From Candidatus Latescibacterota bacterium (GTDB taxonomy: Bacteria > Latescibacterota > UBA2968), in contig OZ240241.1 of the NCBI GenBank assembly GCA_965198115.1, positions 5,152,001 through 5,216,000 on the forward strand: a stretch of DNA of 64,000 bases, written 5' to 3'. Shown here piece by piece: positions 10,517-20,026 of this stretch (positions are counted from its first letter, which is position 1; every line of letters begins with the position of its first letter). Below the pieces are notes generated by a model, which did not search any database, was not told the DNA's origin, and saw only the letters and a list, made by a program, of their open reading frames with translations. Position numbers and translations under genes: made by a program.

Positions 10517-11290
10517 TCAAACATCCACAATCGTCCGCAGAGGCTCCCTCAACCGCCCCACCGTCTCCTCGGAGAGGGATGCCCGCTGATCCGTCTGCTG
10601 TTTCTGGTCTATCCGTGTGTAGTAGCCGTGCAGTCCATAGCGAGCCTCTTCGCTCCTGTTGAGCGTTCCTCCGTGCCAGGTGTGCGCATTGAAGACGACG
10701 ACGCTGCCCGCTTTCCCGGTCAGAATGAGTTCGTCCGGATGGGTCGCCTCCGGATCCTCCAAAACATCGCGAGGGTGCAGGCCGCTGCGATTCGACCCCG
10801 GCACGAGTCGCGTCGCGCCATTCTCCGCCGTGAAGTCGCTCAGCAGCCAAATCGAATTGCACACGTAATAGTTCCCGGGCTCAACCCCTTCGCGCCAATC
10901 GGCGTGCAAACCCTGAAGACCTCGCCCGGGCAGCGCTACCCGGCCGTTCAAAGAAGAGAGCTTGAATTCGGTCCCCAGCACGTGCCGCATCGCCGCCAGA
11001 ACCCTGGGATGCGAGATGCAGATCTCGAACATCTCGCCCTTGTCGACCAGGTTCGCAAGTCTGTTGGTCCCGTCCTCCTGGTGGACCTCCTTGCCTGCGT
11101 TGCCCCCTTCCAGTTCAACGAGCTCGTCGAAACGATTTCGTAATTCCTGAACCTGATCGGTACTCAGGGCCCCCTCCAGGGGCAGATAGCCCTGCTCATC
11201 CAGGAACGATCTCTCCTTCTCGCTAAGAAGATCGTCGGTGACTCCCAGCTCATCGAGCGCTTCTGCCATCGTCATTTGGCTATCCATCAA
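10517..11290 (-). CDS. PhyH-family Fe(II)/2-oxoglutarate dioxygenase
   Basis: Motifs EQGYL, LHADW, ENGATRLVPGS and HTWHGG. Confidence 0.88.
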   Translation of the reverse strand: MMDSQMTMAEALDELGVTDDLLSEKERSFLDEQGYLPLEGALSTDQVQELRNRFDELVELEGGNAGKEVHQEDGTNRLANLVDKGEMFEICISHPRVLAAMRHVLGTEFKLSSLNGRVALPGRGLQGLHADWREGVEPGNYYVCNSIWLLSDFTAENGATRLVPGSNRSGLHPRDVLEDPEATHPDELILTGKAGSVVVFNAHTWHGGTLNRSEEARYGLHGYYTRIDQKQQTDQRASLSEETVGRLREPLRTIVDV

Positions 11291-11469
11291 ACGAAGAGCT
11301 ACAGAATCAGAACAACCGGTGAAGTGCGGCTACAGAAAAGATCTCGAGCACGAAACCAGTCTCGATAACGTTTCCCAGCAAGTTCGATCGCTAATTTGTC
11401 GGATCGTGCTCGGCTTCACCAGTATATTTCTCGACACCCAATTCCGGAAACATACGAACGGGATGACCT

Positions 11470-12846
11470 ATGAGCGACCAACAGCCTGACGTCACACACC
11501 GGCCCTGGAAGGGCATCTCGGAGCACATCGAAAACGAAGATGCCGACGCACTCGAGACGGCACTGGACGAGCTGTCGCCTTCCGACACAGCTCGCGTGAT
11601 GGCCCGAATGAGTCAGGCCCTGCAGACGCGTCTTCTCCAACTGCTCCCGCCGGAGGAAGCCGCTGATGTGATGGAAGAAGTGCCCGAAGCTCAGGCCGCG
11701 GATATGATCGAACATCTGCCATCGGACGATGCGGCGGCGATCATAGACGAGATGGCGAGCGACGAAGCCGCCGATGTGTTGGGTGAACTCGATCCGGGAA
11801 CGTCCAACGCGATCCTCGAGCAGATGTCTCCCCGGGAGGCCGAAGACGCGCGAGAGCTCCTGTCCTACGACGAAGACACGGCCGGCGGCATTATGATCAA
11901 GGAGTATCTTGCGTTCGACCAGGAACTCATTGTCGAGAATGTGCTGGCCAACCTAAGAAGCAATCGCCATCGCTATGCCGACTACGACGTCCAGTACACT
12001 TACGTGGTCGACGCCCAAGGCCGGCTGACGGGTGTCCTGAGACTACACGACATCGTCCTGGCCCCATCCGATACGTCGCTCATCCAGGTGATGATGTCGG
12101 AACCCGTTTCGGTCCCGACGGACGCCGGCCTGACAGAACTGCACGACTTTTTCGAACGGAACAGTTACGTTGGCGCACCGGTCGTCGACAAGAACGAGAC
12201 GCTCGTCGGCGTCGTCCTCCGCAGCGACGCCCACAGGGCGGAAAGTAGACACGCCGAAGAGACCTACCTGGAATCGACCGGTATCGTGGGTGGCGAGGAG
12301 CTTCGGTCGATGGGATTCGTTCGACGATCATCCCGACGCCTGTCCTGGCTGAGCATCAACATCGTGCTCAACCTGCTTGCCGCCAGCGTCATCGCCCTGT
12401 ATCAGGACACGCTGTCGGCCGTCATCGTGCTCGCCGTGTTCCTACCCATCATCTCCGATATGAGCGGCTGCTCGGGCAACCAGGCGGTGGCTGTGAGCAT
12501 CCGCGAACTGGCGCTGGGCACGACGGTTCCGCGCGATTTCTTTCGCGTGCTGTGGAAAGAAGGCATCGTGGGTGTCGCCAACGGTTTTGCACTCGGCGCG
12601 CTGCTCGGTCTGGCCGCATTCGCCTGGCAGCACAACCTTTATCTGAGTCTCGTCGTTGGAGGGGCACTCGCACTCAACACATTAATCGCCGTCCTTCTGG
12701 GCGGCATTGTGCCCCTCGCGCTCAGAGGTCTGAAGATGGATCCTGCCCTCGCGTCGGGGCCGATCCTCACGACCGTAACCGATGTGTGCGGGTTCTTCCT
12801 CGTCCTCAGCTTCGCCGCCGCTGCGATCTCCCATCTGTCATTGTGA
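11470..12846 (+). CDS. mgtE: Magnesium transporter MgtE
   Basis: Acidic N-domain, YDEDTAGGIM, a CBS pair, and a TM domain with GCSGNQ and DPALASGP..TT.TD. Confidence 0.95.
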   Translation: MSDQQPDVTHRPWKGISEHIENEDADALETALDELSPSDTARVMARMSQALQTRLLQLLPPEEAADVMEEVPEAQAADMIEHLPSDDAAAIIDEMASDEAADVLGELDPGTSNAILEQMSPREAEDARELLSYDEDTAGGIMIKEYLAFDQELIVENVLANLRSNRHRYADYDVQYTYVVDAQGRLTGVLRLHDIVLAPSDTSLIQVMMSEPVSVPTDAGLTELHDFFERNSYVGAPVVDKNETLVGVVLRSDAHRAESRHAEETYLESTGIVGGEELRSMGFVRRSSRRLSWLSINIVLNLLAASVIALYQDTLSAVIVLAVFLPIISDMSGCSGNQAVAVSIRELALGTTVPRDFFRVLWKEGIVGVANGFALGALLGLAAFAWQHNLYLSLVVGGALALNTLIAVLLGGIVPLALRGLKMDPALASGPILTTVTDVCGFFLVLSFAAAAISHLSL

Positions 12847-12903
12847 CCGCTGCCTAAACGATCGTTCCACAATTTCATAATTCCCTAATTTCACAATTTC
12901 CTA

Positions 12904-13986
12904 ATGTCCTCAATGTCCCCTGATCATTCATCCGTTCCCGGGAACGTCGTCGCTCACTCGCCCGCCGAATCGCGTGCCTACATCGGTAGTCCAAGTCTCG
13001 TCATTCTCGACGATGGCACCTACGTTGCCTCCCACGATTTCTTCGGACCGGGGACGAACTTCGACCAATACGTCGTCTATCGCTCCGAGGACCGCGGGCG
13101 TACCTGGACCCAGGTAACCACTTTCATCGGCCAGTGGTGGGCCTCTCTCTTTCTCCATCGAGGCGCCCTCTATACGATCGGCACGACGTGCGAATACGGA
13201 TATGCGGTCATTCGGCGATCCGACGACGGTGGGACATCGTGGTCCGACCCCACGGGATCGACGAGCGGCATTCTTTCGGCGATCGACCGTTACCACTGCG
13301 CCCCGGTGCCCGTCGTCGAGCACGCGGGTCGTGTCTGGCGGGCTTTCGAAATATCACGCGGCAAGCGGCCGCACTGGACTGCCACCGTTGCCTCGGCCGC
13401 CGCCGATGCCGACCTCCTCGACGCTTCGAGCTGGACGTGGGCGAATCCCTACCACCATCATTGGTCCAGGGGTCAATGGATCGAAGGGAACGTAGTCGTG
13501 ACACCGGACAGACGTCTCATCGACGTGCTCCGGGCGAACGTCGGCATCGGCGACAAGGCCGCGATCTTGCACGTCTCCGAGGATGGCACGGACCTTTCTC
13601 ACGATCCGACCCGTGATCTGGTCGACCTACCGGGTGGGGGCGTGAAATTCACGATCCGCTTCGATTCGACGTCCGGTCTCTACTGGACCCTCGGGAACAA
13701 ACAGACCGACCCCACCGCCAGGCGGAATACCCTCGTCCTCGCCACCTCTCCCGACCTTCGCGAATGGAAAGTCGAAACGACGCTCCTCCACCACGAGGAA
13801 CCAGACCATCACGCTTTTCAATACGTCGACTGGGTCGTCGAGGGTGATGATATCATCTTCTTATCCAGAACGGCCTATGACGATGGGGTGGGCGGCGCTC
13901 ACACCGGCCACGACGCGAACTACCTGACCTTCCATCGCATTTCCTCCTTCAGACTCCTCGCGGAATGTCACCTGATCCGCGGATGA
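12904..13986 (+). CDS. BNR/Asp-box sialidase-like protein
   Basis: Asp-boxes RSEDRGRTW and RSDDGGTSW, plus FQYVDW and SRTAY..HDANY. Confidence 0.75.
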   Translation: MSSMSPDHSSVPGNVVAHSPAESRAYIGSPSLVILDDGTYVASHDFFGPGTNFDQYVVYRSEDRGRTWTQVTTFIGQWWASLFLHRGALYTIGTTCEYGYAVIRRSDDGGTSWSDPTGSTSGILSAIDRYHCAPVPVVEHAGRVWRAFEISRGKRPHWTATVASAAADADLLDASSWTWANPYHHHWSRGQWIEGNVVVTPDRRLIDVLRANVGIGDKAAILHVSEDGTDLSHDPTRDLVDLPGGGVKFTIRFDSTSGLYWTLGNKQTDPTARRNTLVLATSPDLREWKVETTLLHHEEPDHHAFQYVDWVVEGDDIIFLSRTAYDDGVGGAHTGHDANYLTFHRISSFRLLAECHLIRG

Positions 13987-14134
13987 AATCCTCCAACGGA
14001 GGGTCCACGCCTAACCCACACTGACTAAAGCGTTTGCCAAATGGGCCGAAGCACGATGAAAAATGGGATATCCCACGTTCGACGACGGATTCCCTCCACC
14101 TTCTCGGGTGGGCGATCCCAATCGGCACGACGTG

Positions 14135-14164
14135 TTGACACAACCCCTCCGGACACTCTATCTT
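14135..14164 (+). promoter_or_regulatory. Candidate sigma70 promoter
   Basis: TTGACA-18 bp-TATCTT upstream of the gene starting at 14242. Confidence 0.4.
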
Positions 14165-14241
14165 CTTCAATTCAAACGAGATAGCGTCGGTTTGAAGAAG
14201 GATCTCCCACTCACTTGGTGGCTAGAATACACGCGATCAGG

Positions 14242-15600
14242 ATGAATATTCGTGCAACCTCCAGAAGGCTGATCAGACCGCTGGCTTGCCTGCTTTGCCT
14301 TCTTGGCATCGGTGGTGCCGCTCAATCCGCGTCGACCTACGTTCCAATCACTCCCGATCCCATCCTCGAATCGTGGCGCTGGCACGCCTTGCCCGAACTC
14401 AAGGGTCTTGGCTTGCTCGACATCCTCGAACGGGGCGAGGATGACTTTTGGTTCGCGACCCGAGACGGGCTCTATCACTACGACGGTCGGCTATGGGACA
14501 AGCACGTTCTCGAAGCGGAAAAGGGCCCCCTCCCACAGACGCTGGCGCTCGGGCACGACGGTCGTGTCCTGGTCGGGACAACCGACGGTATCTACTGGAT
14601 CGAAAAGGACCGTGGACACCGCCTGCTGCCGAGGATGAACGATCTGCAGTGGGATGTTTACAGCATCGAAGTCGACGCCGGTGGGGGCATCTGGGCGGCC
14701 ACGAATCTGGGACTGCTCTTTGTCGACGGATCGATGGAGATGTCCCCCAGGCTTTACACGTCAGCCGGCCTGACCACCTTCATCCGGCAGGTGGCACCCG
14801 ACGCCGGTATAGTCTTGGAGGCGATCGATCCCGCGCTCATCCCGACCCGCAACTGGAGTGACGGCATCGGACTCCAGACGCGCTCCGCGTGGGTCTTTCA
14901 AGTGGCCCCAGGCAGCTCTTCCCAGGATGCGGGAATCGTCGTCGGTGACCGCATCCTGACCGTCGACGGACGTCCCGGAGACGTTGCCACCCGGATCATC
15001 GGCAAACCCGGTGACGAACTCGACTTGAAAATTCTGAGATCGGCTTCTCCTGACACCGCTCGTCTGACCCTGCGACTGGATTCAGTACAGGGCACGTATC
15101 TCGACTTCGCGCTGCACTCGGTCGTGGAGAGCAGTGACGGAGACATCTGGATTGGCGCGATCGACGGCGACGTCCTTCGCTACAGGCCTGAATCCGGAGA
15201 CTGGCGTCGATTTACGGAAACGGATGGACTTCCGGCCGGAAAAGAACCTCAGTTTCAAGAGGGCGCCGACTGGTCATCAACAGCAATACTGAGAGACAGG
15301 TCGGGCAATACCTCGACGGGGACTGGTTGCAGCACGATCTGGAAGCGATCGGAGGAACCAACCTCAACACCTCTATTCTTCGCACGGAGTCCGGCACTAT
15401 CTGGATCGGCGGCCACAAAGGCACGCTCCACGCCTACAACGACGGTCGTTGGCGGATCTACGAATCCTACGACACACCCCTCCAGCGAACCCGCATCCGC
15501 CACCTCGTCGAGACCAGCGATGACTACCTGATCGTGGCCAACATGAAGCAAGCCTTCCGTGTGGATATCGGATCGAGCCGGGTTCAGACCTTCGATCAGC
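14242..15600 (+). pseudogene. Exported beta-propeller (two-component regulator propeller) plus PDZ sensor-like protein, frameshifted and truncated by IS
   Basis: Signal peptide, repeated G.IW.AT..GL motifs and a PDZ segment (AGIVVGDRILTVDG). Frameshift near 15270, after which propeller repeats continue in ORF 15327. The gene ends at the IS boundary near 15600. Confidence 0.7.
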
Positions 15601-15613
15601 TGGCCATAAATAA

Positions 15614-17033
15614 GGCTCTATCCGGGTTTCTCAACGGTGAAACTATAGAATGACAAGGTCATAGATCGTTCCCTACGCTTGGTTGTGTGTGTAGGACAAT
15701 CAAAGCGAAGGGGGTGCGACCTATGACCGGGAGCAGATTACTATCGAAACTGCTGAGATTCAAGGGGTTCCGTGTTGTCAGCTGGTGGTTTGAGGGGAGA
15801 AGCTGCTTCGTCATCGCCGTAAAGCCACATAAGAATGGTTGTTGTTGTCCGGAGTGCGGCCGTCGAGGTAAAATCGTCCGCACAATGCCCCATCCGCGTC
15901 GGTGGCGTGACATTCCGGTGTGCGGGTGGAGGGTCTGGCTTCTCTACCATCCTCGGGAGATTCGGTGTCCTACCCACGGTCGTGTGGTCGAGGAGATTCC
16001 GTGGGCGGAGCGGTTCTCTCGGGTGACGTATCGCTTCGAGTATGCCATGCTGCGCTACTGCCAGACCATGACGCAGAAGGCGGCGTCCGAGTTACTGCGC
16101 ATCTCTGCCTCGACGCTGTCGGATCTCCTTCACCGATCCATCACGCGGCTTCGTGAAGGTCATCGTATCCGAGGGCTCAAAACCATCGGGATCGACGAGA
16201 TCTCCTACGCCAAGCGTCACAGGTACGCCACGCTCGTTTACGATCTGGACCGCTCCTGCGTGGTGTGGGTTGGCCGCGGCAGGGCGCGTAAAACGATCGA
16301 TCGGTTCTTCACAGAGGCTCTCAGTCCCTACCAGAGATCCAAGATCGAGTGGGCCTGCTGCGACATGAGCGAAGCTTACATCGGAGCCATCCAGGAACAC
16401 TGTCCGAATGCCAAGCTGGTCCTCGATCGCTTTCACATCGTCAAGGCTCTCAATGCCGCCGTTGACGAGGTCCGTAAGGACCAGTGGCGTAAAGCTGCCC
16501 CGGATGAGCGCAAAGCCATGAAGGGCCTCCGATGGCTCCTCTACCGGCACTCAGCGACACGCTCCAGAGGGGATACTCGGACACTCAAAGCACTGGAGAA
16601 GGCGAACTACCGAATCTATAGAGCCTGGAGACTCAAGGACGAGTTCGAGCAGTTCTGGGAATACAAAGCGCCCTGGGCTGCCGAACGCTTCCTGAAATGC
16701 TGGACGACGTCCGCACTCAGAAGTCGACGTGAACCCCTGCGAAAGTTCGTCAGGACCCTGCGACAGCACTTCTTCGGCGTCCTCGCATTCGTGAACACGC
16801 GTCTTACCAACGCCATCGCCGAAGGCCTCAACCGAATCGTCCAAATCGTCAAGAACCGAGCCAGCGGATTCCGCACACTCGACGCATTCAACGATATGAT
16901 CTTCCTTACCGTCGGAGACATAAACATCCCTGAGCAGATTCCGAAGAGGTTCCGCACACTCTAACCGCGCCCCCATGCCAGGAACCACGGCACCTTCACC
17001 CACTTCATCTCGTTGAGAGATCCGGATATAGCC
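15614..17033 (+). mobile_element. ISL3-family element, copy 1 (1420 bp)
   Basis: IRs GGCTCTATCCGGGTTTCTCAACG and CGTTGAGAGATCCGGATATAGCC. 8-bp TSD ATAAATAA at 15606-15613 and 17034-17041. Confidence 0.95.
15723..16964 (+). CDS. ISL3-family transposase
   Basis: Zn finger CPECG...CPTH, IGIDE, CCDMSEAY, DRFH and TNAIAEGLN..VQ..K..A.GFR. ATG at 15723 follows GAAGGGGG. Confidence 0.93.
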   Translation: MTGSRLLSKLLRFKGFRVVSWWFEGRSCFVIAVKPHKNGCCCPECGRRGKIVRTMPHPRRWRDIPVCGWRVWLLYHPREIRCPTHGRVVEEIPWAERFSRVTYRFEYAMLRYCQTMTQKAASELLRISASTLSDLLHRSITRLREGHRIRGLKTIGIDEISYAKRHRYATLVYDLDRSCVVWVGRGRARKTIDRFFTEALSPYQRSKIEWACCDMSEAYIGAIQEHCPNAKLVLDRFHIVKALNAAVDEVRKDQWRKAAPDERKAMKGLRWLLYRHSATRSRGDTRTLKALEKANYRIYRAWRLKDEFEQFWEYKAPWAAERFLKCWTTSALRSRREPLRKFVRTLRQHFFGVLAFVNTRLTNAIAEGLNRIVQIVKNRASGFRTLDAFNDMIFLTVGDINIPEQIPKRFRTL

Positions 17034-17051
17034 ATAAATAAACGGTCGATC

Positions 17052-18261
17052 TCAATGTTGAGCCATTGGCCGGATCGTGTAGTTCCAGTCGCCGTGGAAA
17101 TCGTGCGGAGTGAGATCGATTTGGGTCATCTGTTCATCGGTCACCTTGACCCCGTTAGGGTAGGGTCGCTTGTCGATCTCGGAGCGTACTCGGAGACCGG
17201 CTTGAGTGGTCGTTCCGGCAATGAGATTCACGGTTGCAGCCAGGCTGACCAGGGGCTTGCCTCGCCCAGTTCATAGCGATGAAGGAGAACAGGCGATGTT
17301 CGATCTTGTTCCACTTACTAGTGCCAGGAGGGTAGTGGCATACGGTGATCGTCAGGCCAGTGCGATTCGCAAAGCGCTGCAGCTCCCACTTCCACAGCCG
17401 CGTCTTGGCGCCGTTGCTGCCGCCTGCGTCCGCCGTGATTAGCAGATGCGTCGAAGTGCCGTAGGCGGGCCGTCCCATGTTCTTCCACCAACTTCGGATC
17501 GCATTCACGGCGAAGCTGGCCGTGTCGTGATCGATACCGACACTTACCCAGCCTTCATCACGGCTCAGATCATACACTCCATAAGGGATCGCCTTGCCCT
17601 GAGCAGGCACTATGAAATCGTGTACCTTCACACGCTCCGGGTCTCCCTTGGGTCGCCATTCTCGGCCAGGATTCTTGAAGTCGCCGATCAACTCTTTCTT
17701 CTTGGTGTCCACCGAGATAACGGGAAGGCCCTGCTGCTGCTGCTGGCTAATCCGATCATCGAGGTAAACGAACTGAGCGTCCCGATCCGGGTGTGCAGAT
17801 CCCTCCCTTGTCTTCCGATTCGCCTGCAGCGTGTAATCGTGTTCGTGCAGGAGATTGGCAACGATCCTGGGGCTCACCGAATGCCCCATCGCTTGCAACT
17901 CGGCGGCCAGTTTGCGAGTGCTCTTCGATGTCCATCTCAGAGGATTGTCGTCAGGCGACCCCGCAGTCGTTGGCTCGACCAGATCATTCAGGTCCTGCCA
18001 CAGCGTCGGGTCCGTGTCGGCCTTCCGCTTACGACCGCCGCCTGGACGCCGGATGCGAGCCGGGTCCAAAGGTTCGTCCGACCTCAACTCCTGAATGCCA
18101 CGAAAGATCCGCTCTCTGGACATTCCTGTCGCCAGAGCCACAATCGCGATCCCACCGTGACCCAACGCTTCGGCTTCCGTGGCGGCCCACAGACGACGCG
18201 TGCGTTCCGTCAGCACCGGAGCCAAGGCTTCATACTTCGTTCGGAGAGTTTCGACGTCCAC
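17052..18261 (-). pseudogene. ISAzo13-family transposase with a +1 frameshift near 17265
   Basis: Motifs LRWTSKS, PDRDAQF, ISVDTKKKE, ADAGGSN and PPGTSKWNKIEHRLF. An extra G in AACTGGGCGAGG separates the C-terminus NWRGKPL...FHGDWNYTI. Confidence 0.88.
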
Positions 18262-18349
18262 ACTCCGAGCGTAAGATCATTACCTTGAAAAGTGCAGCAC
18301 TTATTTCGTGGCAAACCCTAAGCGGTGTAGGGGAACGCGCGATACGCAT

Positions 18350-18439
18350 TGTCACCCCTGCATGCTTCTGAGCCGGGGCCAAATTTGATCTTCGCAAAGG
18401 TTAAAATGGATCTCGGCTCAACACACCGCCGGGATGACA
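18350..18439. repeat. About 90-bp MITE/REPIN-like element, family B copy 1
   Basis: TGTCACCCC...GCCGGG...ATGGATCTCGGC...CCGGGATGACA. Homologous copies at 19842 and 26242. Confidence 0.8.
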
Positions 18440-18450
18440 CCCCTCGTCTT

Positions 18451-18623
18451 CCTGGTTCCCAAGCTCTGCCTGCGAATCCCTAATTGACGACATTGACGCT
18501 TGCCCTCGTGCTCTGCACGGGGCGTGGTGTTCAACACCGGAGGTTCTTTGTCCCCGTGCGGAGCACGGGGACGAGCGGGGGACGTTGTCAAGGGACGATC
18601 CAGGGCAGAGCCCCTGGAACGAG
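18451..18623. repeat. Nested palindromic REP-like cluster, family A
   Basis: GTTCCCAAGCTCTGCCTGCGAA ... CTCGTGCTCTGCACGGGG ... TGTCCCCGTGCGGAGCACGGGGACGAG ... CAGGGCAGAGCCCCTGGAACGAG. Confidence 0.75.
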
Positions 18624-18628
18624 GCCTT

Positions 18629-19756
18629 TCACCCTCGCTTCTTCCGCCACGCCTCGATGAGATCCGGATTCAACTCGCAGCCCAAGCCGGGTTTGTCAGG
18701 CACCGGCAGACTCGAATCCTCCATGACCAACTCTTCAGTCACCGCACCCCAATTGTTTCGCGTGGCGCCCGAGGACTCCATGTAGAAGGCATTGCTCATG
18801 TTGGCCATGACGTGACAGCGGGCGTAGGTCGTCACTGGACCTGAATCGTGGGGAGCGACGGCCACACCGTGGGTCTTCGCGATCACGCCGATGCGTTTGA
18901 TCTCCGTTATGCCGCCCACCCAGGCCAGGTCGGGATTCACGATCGAAACCAGATTCCGCTCGATGAATGGCAGGATTTGGAAGCGAGACTGGCTGTACTC
19001 TCCACACATCAAAGGGACTCTACAATCTCGAGCGAGCGCCGCCCAGGGCTCGACACTGTCTTCAATCATCGAACATTCGAAGAACATCAGATCGAACGGC
19101 TCCATGGAACGGATGATGCGTGTGGCGCCGTGCACATCCCACGTCGGGTGGTGATCGATACCGACATCGAAGTCGAGCCCGCCCGCCTCCTTGATCCACC
19201 CCATCTTCTCGACTCCACTCGCAACTTCCTTCGGCGTGGCGTGACGCCACAGGAACTGCTGGCTTGGGTCAGCGGTTTCGATCACTGAAAACGGACCGGT
19301 CTTGGCCGCCTTCCAGCCCTGTTCCATCAACGACCGAACCTTCCCCTGAACCTCCTCCTTGGTCGACCCTTCGATCCCGCCCGTGCTGTAGATCGGAACC
19401 CGATCTCGACACGGCCCGCCCAGCAGTTGGACGACGGGCGCGTCGAGCGCCTTACCGCTGATGTCCCAGAGCGCCATGTCGATCGCGCTCATGGCGCGGC
19501 GAGCGGCCCCCGTATTTCCATAGGGCGTCGCGAACATGAACAACCGTTCCCAGATGCGTTCGACGTGGCGCGGATCCTGACCAACGATATGGTTAGGCGT
19601 CCAGTCTTTGATGATTGCGATGATCTCGTTCGGGCGGCGGTTGAGCTCACCCAGCCCGGTCAGGCCTTCGTCCGTATGCACGAGAATCCAGGCATGGTCG
19701 GACGGGAGCTTGGAATCTTCTGTCTGCTGAATAATTTCGACGTCGGTGATCTTCAT
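18629..19756 (-). CDS. Mandelate racemase/muconate lactonizing enzyme family (acid-sugar dehydratase-like)
   Basis: Motifs MKITDVE, TDEGLTGLGE, SAIDMALWDI.GK, LLGG.CR, metal ligands D..E..E and PGLG.EL. Confidence 0.9.
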   Translation of the reverse strand: MKITDVEIIQQTEDSKLPSDHAWILVHTDEGLTGLGELNRRPNEIIAIIKDWTPNHIVGQDPRHVERIWERLFMFATPYGNTGAARRAMSAIDMALWDISGKALDAPVVQLLGGPCRDRVPIYSTGGIEGSTKEEVQGKVRSLMEQGWKAAKTGPFSVIETADPSQQFLWRHATPKEVASGVEKMGWIKEAGGLDFDVGIDHHPTWDVHGATRIIRSMEPFDLMFFECSMIEDSVEPWAALARDCRVPLMCGEYSQSRFQILPFIERNLVSIVNPDLAWVGGITEIKRIGVIAKTHGVAVAPHDSGPVTTYARCHVMANMSNAFYMESSGATRNNWGAVTEELVMEDSSLPVPDKPGLGCELNPDLIEAWRKKRG

Positions 19757-19841
19757 TGTGAACTCCCCTGTATCCGATCGGGCACAGCACGACGAGGAAG
19801 CCCGCTGAAGCGGGCTAAGATGGAATCTCCGCGACAAACAT

Positions 19842-19957
19842 TGTCACCCCGGTATGCTTCTGAGCCGGGGCCCATTTTGATCTTCGCGAAAAGCTAAAAT
19901 GGATCCCGGCCCAACACACCGCCGGGAATTCCTAGCTCCCAGGCTCTGCCTGGGAAC
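19842..19957. repeat. Family B element copy 2 followed by CTCCCAGGCTCTGCCTGGGAAC
   Basis: Near-identical to 18350-18476, in direct orientation. Confidence 0.8.
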
Positions 19958-20026
19958 TCCTTCACACAGGCCTTTCGCTATGGCACTGCTATGCGACGTG
20001 GCGTAGGCGGCTGCGTTGAGACCCTC

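Larger units (their letters stand above)
15599..18318 (-). mobile_element. ISAzo13-family element whose left terminal IR is interrupted by ISL3 copy 1
   Basis: Imperfect ends GCTGGCCATAAATAA and TTATTTCGTGGCAAACCC flank the transposase. No clear TSD, so the boundaries are approximate. Confidence 0.65.

Noticed and set aside
17250-17280. Programmed frameshift in the ISAzo13 transposase
   Set aside because: No slippery heptamer is present. A single extra G in a G run inside a normally continuous motif fits mutation or sequencing error better.
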